From: a virus
Taxonomy: Duplodnaviria; Caudoviricetes
Reading direction: 5' to 3' (one strand)
Virus record (IMG/VR): IMGVR_UViG_3300028805_003982
Length of the DNA: 64,000 bases
Shown: positions 37,124-47,800 of the stretch, piece after piece
Layout of the letters: each line of letters starts with the position of its first letter
Position numbering within the stretch: the stretch's first letter is position 1
The notes under the pieces: generated by a model
The model's input: the letters and a program-made list of their open reading frames with translations, nothing else
What the model was told of the DNA's origin: nothing
Database searches by the model: none
Translations under genes and position numbers: made by a program

Positions 37124-37169
37124 TACAATGCTGTTGCATTATTAAGTTTCGGGTATTAGGGGGTATGTA

Positions 37170-37733
37170 ATGTCTACTTACTATGATTTTTATCTGGCCA
37201 GAAAGAACGCTGAAGGTAAATATGTTCTTGCCGGGAACTATGTTTTTGACGGAGAGAAATACGTTCTTACCTCTCTGTTTTCCCGTTCTGGCGGGTTTAT
37301 GAGCGGCTTTAATGATATTGGTTTTTGGCAGTTGTCTGCCGATCAGCTGGGGACCGCGGAACAGGAAAAGTTTGTGCACTCTTATGGGGAGGGGCATTCA
37401 TATTGTACTGCACAGGTTCTTAAGCTTTCTGAACTGGAAGCTGTCGCCGAGCTGGATAACCGCGGCTTAAGACTTGGATATGTGTTAAAGTCGAAACTTA
37501 AGATGATTCATGACCTTGATTATAAGCTGGAATGTTGGGATGTTGAGTTAAAAACATCTGATGAAGTAGCGGAGATGTCCGAGAAAGAGCGTGCGAAATA
37601 CGCAAGAACAGCTTTTGTAGAGACCGATTCACGCGGATACATAGCTGATTGTATAGTAAAGGCGTGCGGCACTTTAACCTATGAGTATTATGGGAATATT
37701 GATGATTTTTATATTATCTGCGAGATCCATTGA
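37170..37733 (+). CDS. Hypothetical protein
   Basis: AGGGGG RBS; 187 aa. Confidence 0.7.
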   Translation: MSTYYDFYLARKNAEGKYVLAGNYVFDGEKYVLTSLFSRSGGFMSGFNDIGFWQLSADQLGTAEQEKFVHSYGEGHSYCTAQVLKLSELEAVAELDNRGLRLGYVLKSKLKMIHDLDYKLECWDVELKTSDEVAEMSEKERAKYARTAFVETDSRGYIADCIVKACGTLTYEYYGNIDDFYIICEIH

Positions 37734-37815
37734 GCCGAAATTCTGCTAAGACTGTTCTATTTTAAGGCTTTCCCGTCATACTGTAGATATATTGAGAAAG
37801 GACGGGCTGATTTTT

Positions 37816-38031
37816 ATGTGGGAACTGTTTCTTAAACGCGATAACAGCATTTTGTGTTTTGGTCTGTTTTCGACCGAACATTTAGACGAAGCCAAGCAAC
37901 TGCTGGAGGCAGCTTATCCTGACGGGTATGTCTACGTACAAGAGAAAGAATATGATGTTCTTAATTTCTATGCAGACGGCATAAAGCATACCGTTGATTT
38001 TAACGATCCTGAACGGGATGTATCGCTATAA
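37816..38031 (+). CDS. Hypothetical protein
   Basis: Likely start at ATG 37816 downstream of AAAGGA. Confidence 0.55.
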   Translation: MWELFLKRDNSILCFGLFSTEHLDEAKQLLEAAYPDGYVYVQEKEYDVLNFYADGIKHTVDFNDPERDVSL

Positions 38032-38041
38032 GGAGGATAAC

Positions 38042-38230
38042 ATGGCTAAGTATCGGGTTTGGGCAAAAATGACTTCATATAGTTTTTTGGATGTTGAAGC
38101 AGAAAGTGAACAGGAAGCTCTTGAAATAGCAGAAGATGCAGACGGTGGCGAGTTTATCACTACCGAAGACGGCGATTGGGAGCTATTGCCGGATGTTAAG
38201 CCTTTGGATAATGACGGGCCGGAGCTTTGA
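38042..38230 (+). CDS. Small DpnD/PcfM-like protein
   Basis: AGGAGG RBS; YRV.A......DVEAESEQEALEIA pattern. Confidence 0.5.
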   Translation: MAKYRVWAKMTSYSFLDVEAESEQEALEIAEDADGGEFITTEDGDWELLPDVKPLDNDGPEL

Positions 38231-38250
38231 TCGGCAGTAAGGAGACTGTT

Positions 38251-38577
38251 ATGGATACTGTAAAAATCGACGGGCATAAATGCGTTATTGAAAAAGAGTG
38301 GGATGATTATTCCGATGGTAGTTTTTATAACTACCTTGTAGGCAAGGCGGTTGATCGTGACGGCGGCGAATTTTATTACGCATCATGTTTCTACAAAATG
38401 AGTAGGCCTGAATATTGGATGTCCGGAAAATATAAAAATACCTTTGAGTATGATCACAACCCCGAAAAGGTTGAGGTTGAGCGTGATATGGGAGATTTTA
38501 TTGCAGAAAAGGTTTTAAACGAGCATGAGGCAGAATTCGGTGCTGACGGGCGTTTGGCTCAGGAGAGAGGACTTTGA
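38251..38577 (+). CDS. Hypothetical protein
   Basis: AAGGAG RBS before ATG 38251. Confidence 0.65.
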   Translation: MDTVKIDGHKCVIEKEWDDYSDGSFYNYLVGKAVDRDGGEFYYASCFYKMSRPEYWMSGKYKNTFEYDHNPEKVEVERDMGDFIAEKVLNEHEAEFGADGRLAQERGL

Positions 38578-39185
38578 TGGATCGAAATGATTTTGTTTTT
38601 GACGATATGTGGGTTAATGATGACCTAGGCACCATAACCTTTTATTATTCGACTTCACTTGAGACGCTAAAAAGTTTAACGGATGCACACGACACCGAAC
38701 TTTTATATGGGGCCGATTCAGCAACGTTATCAATTGAATGTCCAAACCCGTGCAAACAGCCGGTTGTCGAATATGCTTCCGTTATGATATCTCCGTGCGT
38801 AAAAGGTTCCGATGTTGATTGGGCTGATGTTGATTTCCCGGATTCCGATCTTTTGGAGCAGCTTATTGTTGTCGGGTTTAACGTTAAAGGTTATGACGAG
38901 TGGGATAAGGATTATCAGCAGTTTATTTTGGAGAAATTTTTCGGAGAATGTGTCCGATATTGGGAAAGAACCTTAAAAACAGATGCGGATCTTGATGTTA
39001 TGCCTTTTCTTAAAGCAATGAAAGAGATCCCTTTAAAATACCCGTATGCACCTGACGGCAAAGATTTTGACCCCGATATAAGACAAACCTTTGTTAAATG
39101 CCGATATATGGATTGTTACGGCAGAGATTGGGAAGATAAATATAATCATGATTTTCCCGGAGAAAACAGCCGTTCTATAAATTAA
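38574..39185 (+). CDS. Hypothetical protein
   Basis: 203-aa ORF overlapping the upstream stop. Confidence 0.65.
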   Translation: MMDRNDFVFDDMWVNDDLGTITFYYSTSLETLKSLTDAHDTELLYGADSATLSIECPNPCKQPVVEYASVMISPCVKGSDVDWADVDFPDSDLLEQLIVVGFNVKGYDEWDKDYQQFILEKFFGECVRYWERTLKTDADLDVMPFLKAMKEIPLKYPYAPDGKDFDPDIRQTFVKCRYMDCYGRDWEDKYNHDFPGENSRSIN

Positions 39186-39202
39186 AAGAAAGCGAGATAT
39201 TT

Positions 39203-39799
39203 ATGACACCCGAACAGATCGAAACTAACAAACAGACTTTTATTCAGCTTCTCTCACAGGTGCAAAGACCAGGTATTGACAGGCTGATAAACTGGCTTTG
39301 CAGCAATGACTTTTTTACGGCACCTGCATCTACCAAATACCATCTTAACGAGGAGGGCGGTCTTTGCCTCCATTCTCTTAATGTGTATAAACTCTTATCT
39401 ATGAAAGTGCAGTCGGGGTTGGTTCAGCTTTCTCCGGAAACCGTGATCATAACAGCGTTGTGCCACGACATCTGTAAAGCCAATTTTTATGTAACCGAAC
39501 AGCGTTGGCGTAAAGACGAGAACAATAAGTGGGAATCGTATGAGACCTGGGCGGTGGATGAGAAGATGCCCATAGGGCACGGCGAAAAGAGCTGCTATAT
39601 TCTGCAGAGCTTTACCTGGATCAGCCCGGAAGAGTATGCAATGATCCGTTTCCACATGGGAAAGGAAGCTGACGGATATAACGATTATTTTACCAAGGCT
39701 GCTTCTAAGTATCCCGGAGTTGCGGCGATCCATGCGGCTGATATGGAGTCTGCTTTTATATTTGAAGCGCCTGAAGTTGATGACGGGCACAGTTTATGA
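39203..39799 (+). CDS. HD-domain phosphohydrolase
   Basis: APASTKYH, GGLCLHSLNV, LCHDICK, GHGEKS, IRFHMG and HAADM. Confidence 0.9.
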   Translation: MTPEQIETNKQTFIQLLSQVQRPGIDRLINWLCSNDFFTAPASTKYHLNEEGGLCLHSLNVYKLLSMKVQSGLVQLSPETVIITALCHDICKANFYVTEQRWRKDENNKWESYETWAVDEKMPIGHGEKSCYILQSFTWISPEEYAMIRFHMGKEADGYNDYFTKAASKYPGVAAIHAADMESAFIFEAPEVDDGHSL

Positions 39800-39810
39800 G
39801 AGGCGATACC

Positions 39811-39969
39811 ATGACAGAGGAGATAAAGAAGACCGGTTCGGTAAATATAGACAGTCCTAAAGAGGCTGATGAGTTTCTTCGCAGTACAAAGGAAGAAGCG
39901 GTACTTCGTGTGTTTATCGATCTTGACGTGTTATTTCACAACGATTCAGGGTTATTGTCTGATGAATAG
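39811..39969 (+). CDS. Small hypothetical protein (52 aa)
   Basis: GAGAGG RBS; MTEEIKKTGSVNIDSPKEADEFLR...TAG fills the gap. Confidence 0.5.
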   Translation: MTEEIKKTGSVNIDSPKEADEFLRSTKEEAVLRVFIDLDVLFHNDSGLLSDE

Positions 39970-39980
39970 GGGAGGAGAGT

Positions 39981-40634
39981 ATGCTGAAATATGATGTGAA
40001 TTTCGGAAGCTTTTTGGTTGCGGATCAGGAGAGGTTGTCAAAGAAAGATCCTGCAACGTATAGGGATGCCTTGGTTACGGCATATTTTAATCTTTATGAC
40101 CAGTTGAGCATGGTAGGCCTTAACGGACTGACTTCGGAGGTTTTGAGTTCAGATAAGATGAAGGATCTTGTTGACGTGGATATGTTCTGGTTTATCGGCC
40201 TTGATGAGCAGGGACATATCATAAAGGATAATCCGCCCGTATACGCGGCTAAGCTCAGATTGTATGAGCCGTGGATGGAAAGTATCCAGAGAAGCGAGAT
40301 AGCGTTTGCCAATAAACAGGCGATCGAAGGCGCTGTTAAAAGCCTCGCAGATGACGGCAGCGCGTCTTCCGTTATAGTCTGCTACGGCAGCTTTGATTTT
40401 GATATCGGACATGCGCCGAAGAACGCAGAAGAAAAGGAATGGCAGTCCATGATAGACGATGCCAGGTCAGAGAACATCAAAGCAATGAACGGCATATATG
40501 ACACCTTGCATAACTACGGCTTGGGTATGTATGACTTTGTTACCGGTTTTACTCCGGAAAACCAGTTCAGTTACAGGGAACACGGCGTTGCTGAGTTTGA
40601 TGATTTAGGATGCGCCGAATCAGTATCACTTTAA
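39981..40634 (+). CDS. Hypothetical protein
   Basis: GGAGG RBS; 217 aa. Confidence 0.7.
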   Translation: MLKYDVNFGSFLVADQERLSKKDPATYRDALVTAYFNLYDQLSMVGLNGLTSEVLSSDKMKDLVDVDMFWFIGLDEQGHIIKDNPPVYAAKLRLYEPWMESIQRSEIAFANKQAIEGAVKSLADDGSASSVIVCYGSFDFDIGHAPKNAEEKEWQSMIDDARSENIKAMNGIYDTLHNYGLGMYDFVTGFTPENQFSYREHGVAEFDDLGCAESVSL

Positions 40635-40649
40635 GTTTTGAAGAAACAC

Positions 40650-40680
40650 AGGCGTCGGGAAACCGGCGCCTTATTATTTT
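40650..40680 (+). terminator. Intrinsic terminator
   Basis: AGGCGTCGG-GAAA-CCGGCGCCT-TATTATTTT. Confidence 0.75.
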
Positions 40681-40778
40681 GTGTTGATTTATATTAAAAA
40701 GTATTGCATTTTACCGCATTTTTCCTAAAACGCAGTTATACTAATGGTATAACCAAATAAATGAAAGGAGCGCTCTAC

Positions 40779-41075
40779 ATGGCACGAAGCAAAGTGAAAA
40801 TATCTGAAGCGCGGAGTTTCCGTATCCGAAAAGACCTTTGTGACAGGCTTGATGATTATTCGGATGTCAGTATGATCCCTAAAACAGCCTTGGTCGAAAA
40901 GGCTCTGGAAGAATATCTCGATAAAGTAGCCCCGGTAGAAGAGGGTTATGAGAACTCTTATGTCAGCCCGATCGTTGCAGAACAGGAGCATTATCAGGCA
41001 CCGGCAGCAATAAGGCGTCCCGCAAGTGTTTCTACGGGAAATCTGCAGGCGTTAATGAACAATTCACAGCATTAG
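40779..41075 (+). CDS. Ribbon-helix-helix transcriptional regulator
   Basis: RSFRIRKDLCDRLDDYS....IPKTALVEKALEEYL; AAGGAG RBS; monocistronic between terminators. Confidence 0.75.
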   Translation: MARSKVKISEARSFRIRKDLCDRLDDYSDVSMIPKTALVEKALEEYLDKVAPVEEGYENSYVSPIVAEQEHYQAPAAIRRPASVSTGNLQALMNNSQH

Positions 41076-41097
41076 TATTTCTTATTATTTGTTTAAT

Positions 41098-41133
41098 AAG
41101 GGGGTTTCGGGTTAATCGGGACCTCTTTTGTTT
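41098..41133 (+). terminator. Intrinsic terminator
   Basis: AAGGGGGTTTCGG-GTTAA-TCGGGACCTCTT-TTGTTT. Confidence 0.7.
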
Positions 41134-41219
41134 CTTAAAGACATTTTATGTGTTATAATATGTAGGTAAACTGTGGGGATACCTATGAGTAAAGCAGGTT
41201 TTCGAACGGAAAGGAAATT

Positions 41220-42272
41220 ATGAAGTTAGTACACTCTTTTCTTGCAAGCGCCCTTGCACTTATGTTTGTCGGTTCATATCTTTATCCCGTTTCAGCCGAT
41301 CAGATCGATTCGGCTTTTAGTCAGTCGGTAAAGATCGTTAACGACAGTTCTCAAAGTGCAGAGTTTAATAAAACATATTCTTACTCCCTTGAGGCAGTAA
41401 CCGATCCTGAAAAGCTTGATATCATCGAGCAGGGAGGGATGCCGGTATCTGCCGGTGTAGAGGGAGCTCTTTCATTGATCGAGTCAGAGGTTTCTTTTTC
41501 GTTTTCCGTAGATGCCGGTGTTGGCGAATACTCGGAAACAAAAGAGATACCTTTTGCTATTGATATGGATCTGTTTACAAACCCCGGCGTGTATCGTTAT
41601 GAATTGTCATGTGATACGACCGGGGATGTCGCTGTCTTGGACGCTTACATCCTCAGAGAAGAAGGCTCTCTTACCCTGGGCGGTTGTGTTTTCTATGAGG
41701 ACGGCGTTAAGGTTAACGGCTTTATTGATGAATATGTCGTAGAAGAAGGGGAGACAACCCTTTATAACGCCATTTTCAGATTCATTGATACTGAGGGGAA
41801 TAAGATAGCTGATGACATAGTCTTAACATCGACCGTGATCGACGATCCTTCTATCAAGTCGGACAGACCTGTTAAAGCAGCAAGTCTTCCCGGAAGAACG
41901 CTCGGTGTGGCAAACCGTTTTAACAGCGGGCTGGTCATACTTTATACAATGTCTTATGATCAGTTGACTTCTGCATTGGAAGAATATGAGATCGTTAAAA
42001 AGAGTCTCCTCAGCGACGGTTATAAGCTGATATCAGATGATGTGGCATCTCACCCCGAAGGAGAATCGTGGTTTGCAGATGATCCTGCTCAAACAAATAT
42101 CTACTATATTACTTTTGAAAAGAGTAATCCGTCTCCGATCAATCCTAAAACAGGAGACCCCATTCCGGTTTTTACTTACTATGCGATAGGATTCACGACA
42201 GTAGGAGCTGCCTTGTTTCTCATCATAGTAATTAAGAATAAAAAAGAAAATAATTCCAAGGAGGAAAATTAA
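41220..42272 (+). CDS. Ancillary pilin: pilin-like N-domain plus MucBP-like domain
   Basis: DLFTNPGVYRY as in the backbone pilins; FIDTEGNKIADD...DGYKLISDDVA as in the adhesins; NPKTG and TM helix. Confidence 0.7.
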   Translation: MKLVHSFLASALALMFVGSYLYPVSADQIDSAFSQSVKIVNDSSQSAEFNKTYSYSLEAVTDPEKLDIIEQGGMPVSAGVEGALSLIESEVSFSFSVDAGVGEYSETKEIPFAIDMDLFTNPGVYRYELSCDTTGDVAVLDAYILREEGSLTLGGCVFYEDGVKVNGFIDEYVVEEGETTLYNAIFRFIDTEGNKIADDIVLTSTVIDDPSIKSDRPVKAASLPGRTLGVANRFNSGLVILYTMSYDQLTSALEEYEIVKKSLLSDGYKLISDDVASHPEGESWFADDPAQTNIYYITFEKSNPSPINPKTGDPIPVFTYYAIGFTTVGAALFLIIVIKNKKENNSKEEN

Positions 42273-42275
42273 AGC

Positions 42276-43604
42276 ATGAAGAAAACAAGACAGAGAATTG
42301 CGAAGACGCTTATTGCTTGTATGATGGCCGGAACGCTTGCCGTACCTGCTTTCGCGGCTGAAGTGCCTTCAACCGGTGTTATTGAAACAGATGACACCAC
42401 GGTCTCCATTTCAAAGGCTTTCCTTGTCCTGAATGACGGCTACACCAAGTCGTACAGCCCTGACATCACTTTTACTTTCAGTGCTGCACCGGCTAACGTT
42501 GCCGCAGGTACAACGATCACGGACGAGAATGACAACACGATCACTGTTCAGGCAGGTGTTGCAGGAGGCCTTTCGTCCACATCTTCTCTTGATCTCGCAT
42601 CACAAGAGGTTGTTGAGACAGACGCGGGTGCTACAGCCCTTTCAGAGGTTGTAAAAGGCACTTTTGATTTTGAGGTCGATCTGACCCAGTTTACACAGCC
42701 CGGCGTTTACCGTTATCAGATTACTGATACTACTCCTACGGCAAACCTTTATAACGCAGGTATTGTAAGACCCGATTCTTATGACACTACAAGAGAGCTT
42801 GATGTGTATATCGAGCGTGATGCAACTTCAGGTAACCTTGAAGTTAAGGGCTATGTTCTTTTGGATGAAACTCCCGGCACTATCGTTCCCGGTACACCTA
42901 AGGTTCCCGGCTATGAGATCGGCGGTGACCTTGAGAAGAAAGAGTGGTCTGAGCAGAATCCCGGCCCCGGCGGAGAGACTTCTGGCGTAGGCTACGAGGT
43001 TCTCGGCGACGATACTATGGACTCTTATACAACGTATAACATGTCTGTAGAAAAGATCGTTACAGGTAATATGGGTGATACGGATCACCAGTTCCCGTTC
43101 GCAGTTTCTTTCGAGAACAGCAACGATAACGCAACAGTACCTGCAAATTACTATACTCAGCTGGGCAGTGTGATCGCTTCCGAGTCTTCTGATGAGGCTT
43201 CTACAGCATTGAAGCATGAGGACGTTTTCCATATCTACGGACTTAATCCTTTTGCGGTTGCAACCGTAACCGAGACTAACGATACAGCTAACGCTTATAC
43301 TGTTACGTCTTCTGACGGATCTATCTCAGGCGTAGTTACCAACGCTGGCGCTGACGCAGAGACTGATCCTCTTGCAATCTCAACTTACGATACTGTCAAC
43401 AGCGCTACTGATGTTTCCAATGAGGCAGATGCAGGTGATGATAATGACCTTACCGTTACCAACAACCTTGGTATCGATACACCTACAGGCGTGCTCCTGA
43501 AGGCAGCTCCTTTTGTAGCTATCATCGGTGCTTTTGGTGCAGCTCTTGCAATCTCAAAGGCTAAGTTCGGTAAGAAGAAGACAGCTTCTGATATCGAGGA
43601 GTAA
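42276..43604 (+). CDS. Backbone pilin, module 3
   Basis: FTQPGVYRY, YDTTRELDVYI, VEKIVTGNMGD...FPF, VTETND, VTN; DTPTGV and TM helix. Confidence 0.8.
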   Translation: MKKTRQRIAKTLIACMMAGTLAVPAFAAEVPSTGVIETDDTTVSISKAFLVLNDGYTKSYSPDITFTFSAAPANVAAGTTITDENDNTITVQAGVAGGLSSTSSLDLASQEVVETDAGATALSEVVKGTFDFEVDLTQFTQPGVYRYQITDTTPTANLYNAGIVRPDSYDTTRELDVYIERDATSGNLEVKGYVLLDETPGTIVPGTPKVPGYEIGGDLEKKEWSEQNPGPGGETSGVGYEVLGDDTMDSYTTYNMSVEKIVTGNMGDTDHQFPFAVSFENSNDNATVPANYYTQLGSVIASESSDEASTALKHEDVFHIYGLNPFAVATVTETNDTANAYTVTSSDGSISGVVTNAGADAETDPLAISTYDTVNSATDVSNEADAGDDNDLTVTNNLGIDTPTGVLLKAAPFVAIIGAFGAALAISKAKFGKKKTASDIEE

Positions 43605-43608
43605 TTGA

Positions 43609-44124
43609 GTGGAAGAAAAAGGCGGATTTAAGACCAAGAAGTTCAAGATAAACGGGCTCGTTGAGTTTGGAATAAAATTAGCGGCCTTCTTGTTAGCTCT
43701 CTTTATTACTTTCGTCTTTGTCATCGGTGTGGTGTCCGCGAGATCGGATTCGATGTCTCCTAATATCAAATTTCGCGACACTGTTGTTTATTCCAGGATG
43801 AATCATGAGTATTTTTTAAATGATTCTGTTGTTTATAAATATAATGATGAAATCTATATAGCAAGAATAGCGGGTACCCCCGGTGATCACATAAAAATAG
43901 ACGCGCACGGGAACCTATACAGGAACGAACATCTTGTATATGACACTCATGTGTATATCGGTTCTACTGTTTCCCCTGAATGCGACGTTACTCTGCCGGA
44001 AGGCGAATACTTTGTATTGGCCGACAATAGAGAAACAGTCGATGACAGCAGAACACAGGGTACGGTTTCCGAAAAGGACATTAAAGGATCTGTACTCTTC
44101 ATATTAAGAAGGTTCGAAGTATGA
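43609..44124 (+). CDS. SipA-like degenerate signal peptidase
   Basis: DSMSPN retains Ser, but YIARIAG lacks the Lys; YFVLADNR..DDSR. Confidence 0.8.
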   Translation: MEEKGGFKTKKFKINGLVEFGIKLAAFLLALFITFVFVIGVVSARSDSMSPNIKFRDTVVYSRMNHEYFLNDSVVYKYNDEIYIARIAGTPGDHIKIDAHGNLYRNEHLVYDTHVYIGSTVSPECDVTLPEGEYFVLADNRETVDDSRTQGTVSEKDIKGSVLFILRRFEV

Positions 44125-44831
44125 AGACGGCAACCAAGGTTCTGGAAACCATCATCGAGATAGTATGCTTTTGTGCCATCTCGTGCGCGATCTATTTTCT
44201 TCTTGAAAACTATAGGATCGAACGTCAGGCAGAAAATTATGCTTCAGAGTATAAGGAACTGCTTACGGAAGATGAAAACGGAAGAATGTCTTTGGAGGAG
44301 CTTCAAAAGCTCAATCCTGACGCAGCCGCATGGATCGAGATATACGATACTACTCTGGATTATCCGATCATGAAGGGGAGACCGGAGTATACATATCTTA
44401 ATCGCGATTTCCTGGGGAATAACTGTATAACCGGGTCACTTTATATCCGTAACATAGATGACCGATATTTTACGGATGAATATGAGATCGTGTACGGACA
44501 TCATATGGCAAACGGGGGGATGCTCGGTTGCCTTGACTATTTTGCCGATCCTGCTTACTTACAAGCACATAATAAAGGTCAACTTATAACTGAAAAAGAA
44601 ACTTACGATGTCGAAGTGTTGACTCTGATAATTACGGATTCATACAACGACACTTTATATACAAATAACGAGCGCGAGTATTTCTATAAGGCTATGGAAA
44701 ATGCTACGGTGCTCACGGGGAGCCTGCCGGAAAGGGATAAAGAAGGCACTTTGCTTTTGTTTTCCACCTGTTCGGCTTCCGGAAATACAGATAGGACAAT
44801 ATTGATAACGCGACTTACGAAGCAGATGTAA
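44121..44831 (+). CDS. srtB: Class B sortase (no C-terminal extension)
   Basis: LNPDAAAWI, YGHHMANGGMLG, FSTC and DRTIL. Confidence 0.9.
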   Translation: MKTATKVLETIIEIVCFCAISCAIYFLLENYRIERQAENYASEYKELLTEDENGRMSLEELQKLNPDAAAWIEIYDTTLDYPIMKGRPEYTYLNRDFLGNNCITGSLYIRNIDDRYFTDEYEIVYGHHMANGGMLGCLDYFADPAYLQAHNKGQLITEKETYDVEVLTLIITDSYNDTLYTNNEREYFYKAMENATVLTGSLPERDKEGTLLLFSTCSASGNTDRTILITRLTKQM

Positions 44832-44843
44832 GGAGACAGTAAA

Positions 44844-47800
44844 ATGAGAACCTCAGTACTTAAAAAAGCAGCAGTATTTATGATACCTATGATGTTATTT
44901 AACTTTTTAGGTACCAGTGTTGGACTTGCTTATGAGACATTTGACGGGGAAGAGCCGACAGAAATAGTCGAACCTCAAAACGCAGGATCTGAAGAACAGG
45001 TTCCGGCAGAACCTCAAGAAGCTATGAGCAAACAGGACAAAGTTACTGCTGAGCCTGAAAAAGATCCTGTTGATAATGAAGCGGACAAAACTGATCCGGC
45101 AACGGATTCTCCTAAAACAGACCCAGCTTCTGATAATACAACAGAGCCGGCTGCCGATACTGGCACGCCTTCTGAAAATGCGGATAACCCGACTGATGAA
45201 CCTACCGAGGTGTCTTCAGAAGCTCCCGCAGCAACCGAGGAATCTTCAGCCGTTACAGGAGAACCCGAAGAGACGCCGAGAAAGGCTCCTTTGAGAGGCG
45301 CGTCCACTATAGCAACTGCGGGTGTTGACGCTTATGCTATTCTTTACGATGACGGTGAGCTCGTATTCCAGAAGGGCAATGAGCCTGAAGAGGGAAGAAC
45401 AGCAGCTGAGATCTGGGAAGTTAATCCTTCTGAGGATATAGCAAGCGATGAGTATGTCGGTTGGCATGACAATGATGATGTTCAGGTTATTACCTTTAAG
45501 GATAAACTTGAAGGCGTTACCAGTCTGCGAGAGTTTTTCTATTCACTTGACAATCTGACAGCTTTTAATAATCTTTCTTATTTAGACACGTCCGCGGTTA
45601 CTGCGTTTAATAGTGTTTTTTATAGTCTGCCTTTAGTTACTGAGATAGATCTTACCGGTTGGGACACTTCGTCCGGCGAAACCTTTTCCAATATGATCAC
45701 TTCTTGTGGCAGCATTACCAGTTTGGATCTGTCGATGCTTGATATTTCAAACGCTTCTGCTATTAGTACGTTGGTTCTTGCTTGTTCACAATTAAAGACA
45801 ATTAATTGTGATGGCTGGGATCTCCGTTCGGTTCCATCTCTGTCTGCGGCCAGCGGTATATTTCAAAGCATGTCTCTTGATTCTATTTCGATGCGGAATT
45901 GGACCAATGTTCCTGACGGATCACACATCTTCGGCAGGGGGTGGGGTGCCGCCAAGTCTCTGGATGTAACAGGCTGGCAGTTCCGTTCCAACGCAACAAG
46001 AATGGAAGGCTTTTTCTGCAGTTCTGCGATCCAGGAAATCGTAGGACTTGATACTTGGGACGTTTCCAATTTTACATATATGGGCGCGGCCTTCCAGGGG
46101 TGCGGAGCTTCTGATCTGAGTGGTATCACAAACTGGGATACAGGCAATGTAACTGATACGAACAATATGTTCAATGATTGCAGCAATCTGACATCTCTTG
46201 ATCTGTCCGGTTGGGATACACATAGTCTTGCCACAATGTCATCTATGTTTTACAACAACTCTAATCTTACATCTCTTGATTTAAGTAATTGGGATTTAAG
46301 AAGTCTTGATCCGTCCAGATACCCTACCGGGGGTGCTTTAAGCATACCTTCATTAAAAACACTTACTTGTAAGAATTGGAGTCATGTTCCCGGAATGAAC
46401 TCTATGTGGTTTGGCAGAGGCATGAGTTTAGGCGGTGCCTCTCTTGACTATATTGATGTTACAGGCTGGGACCTGTCGGGAACAACAAGCATTGAGACGC
46501 TCTTTGCCAATATGAACGTTAAGGAAATAAGAGGGCTTGGCACTTGGACCAATACGTCCGGCATTACTAACGTTAATCAGGCTTTTGCTTATATTAACAG
46601 TTTGTCTTCACTTGATCTTTCAGGCCTTGACCTCAGTGGTGTTACTGATGCGAGCCAGTTGTTCAATACTTCATCTGCATTGGTTAGCATCGATCTCGGT
46701 TCTAATGATTTTGCCAACAATACTAATTTTAATGGCATGTTTACTGAATGCTCAAAGCTGCAGACTTTAGATCTCAGTAATGTTGATTTTTTATCAGCTA
46801 CGGATACGGACGGTATGTTCCTGGGTACAACGGCACTTAAAACAATTACTTTACCCGCTTCTTATAAGCTGGTTGGTTCTGGATCTGAGTTGGACGCCGG
46901 GCTTACCGATTCTTGGGGTAATATTAATACCAAGGTTTGCTATGATGCGGCAGATCTTACAAAAAACTTTACGTCCGACATGGCAGGGACTTATGAAAAG
47001 ATAATCCAGACGGTAAATCTCCATTATAGCGGCGGCAGCAGTTCTGCCTTTGTAGATGCTATTTACCTTTCTGAAAATACACGTTTCGGGGATCTTCCTG
47101 AGACTGTAACAAGAGGAACCGATGAGTTCTTAGGCTGGTATAATGATGACGGTTCTGTTAAATATACAAACTCTTCAAGATCTTTTCCTTCTGATCTTTA
47201 TGCTGTATATGGTCATGAGCCTGATGTTGCAACAGCAGGCGTTGATGCATATGCGATCCTTTACTCAGATAACACCTTTGTCATCCAGAAGGGTAATACA
47301 CCTGATGAGCAGCATGGCACCGTTACCAGTATCTGGGAGATTCCTGTTTCCGGTGGATTCCCCGCATGGTATAACTACGTTTCCAATGTAACTAAGGTTG
47401 AGGTTAAGGACAGACTGGTTGAAAGAACGGCACTTACAGCTTTTTTTGCAAACTTTAATTCTTGTACGGTATTTGAAAACCTTGATTACATAGATCTGTC
47501 TAAAGTCACAACTGTTGACAGGATGTTTATGAATAACAGGGCTGTTTCTTCTTATGAAGGAACGGGTATCGAGAATTGGGATATATCAAACGTCGGTAAT
47601 TTTGAATATCTGTTTAACAGTAATAATCTTGTAACCACAATGCCAGATCTTTCTAACTGGGTCTTTAAGGCAAATGCCAGAGTTTCTAACATGCTTCCTT
47701 CCGGTCTTGTTTCAGTAGGGGGCCTTGGCAACTGTGACATTTCTAATCTTACTTCTTTGGCCAACATGTTCTCAAATCTTTCTTCGTTGACTGATATAAA

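Noticed and set aside
28722-40634. Prophage interpretation of the small-ORF region
   Set aside because: No terminase, capsid, tail or lysis genes were recognised; the context is conjugative.
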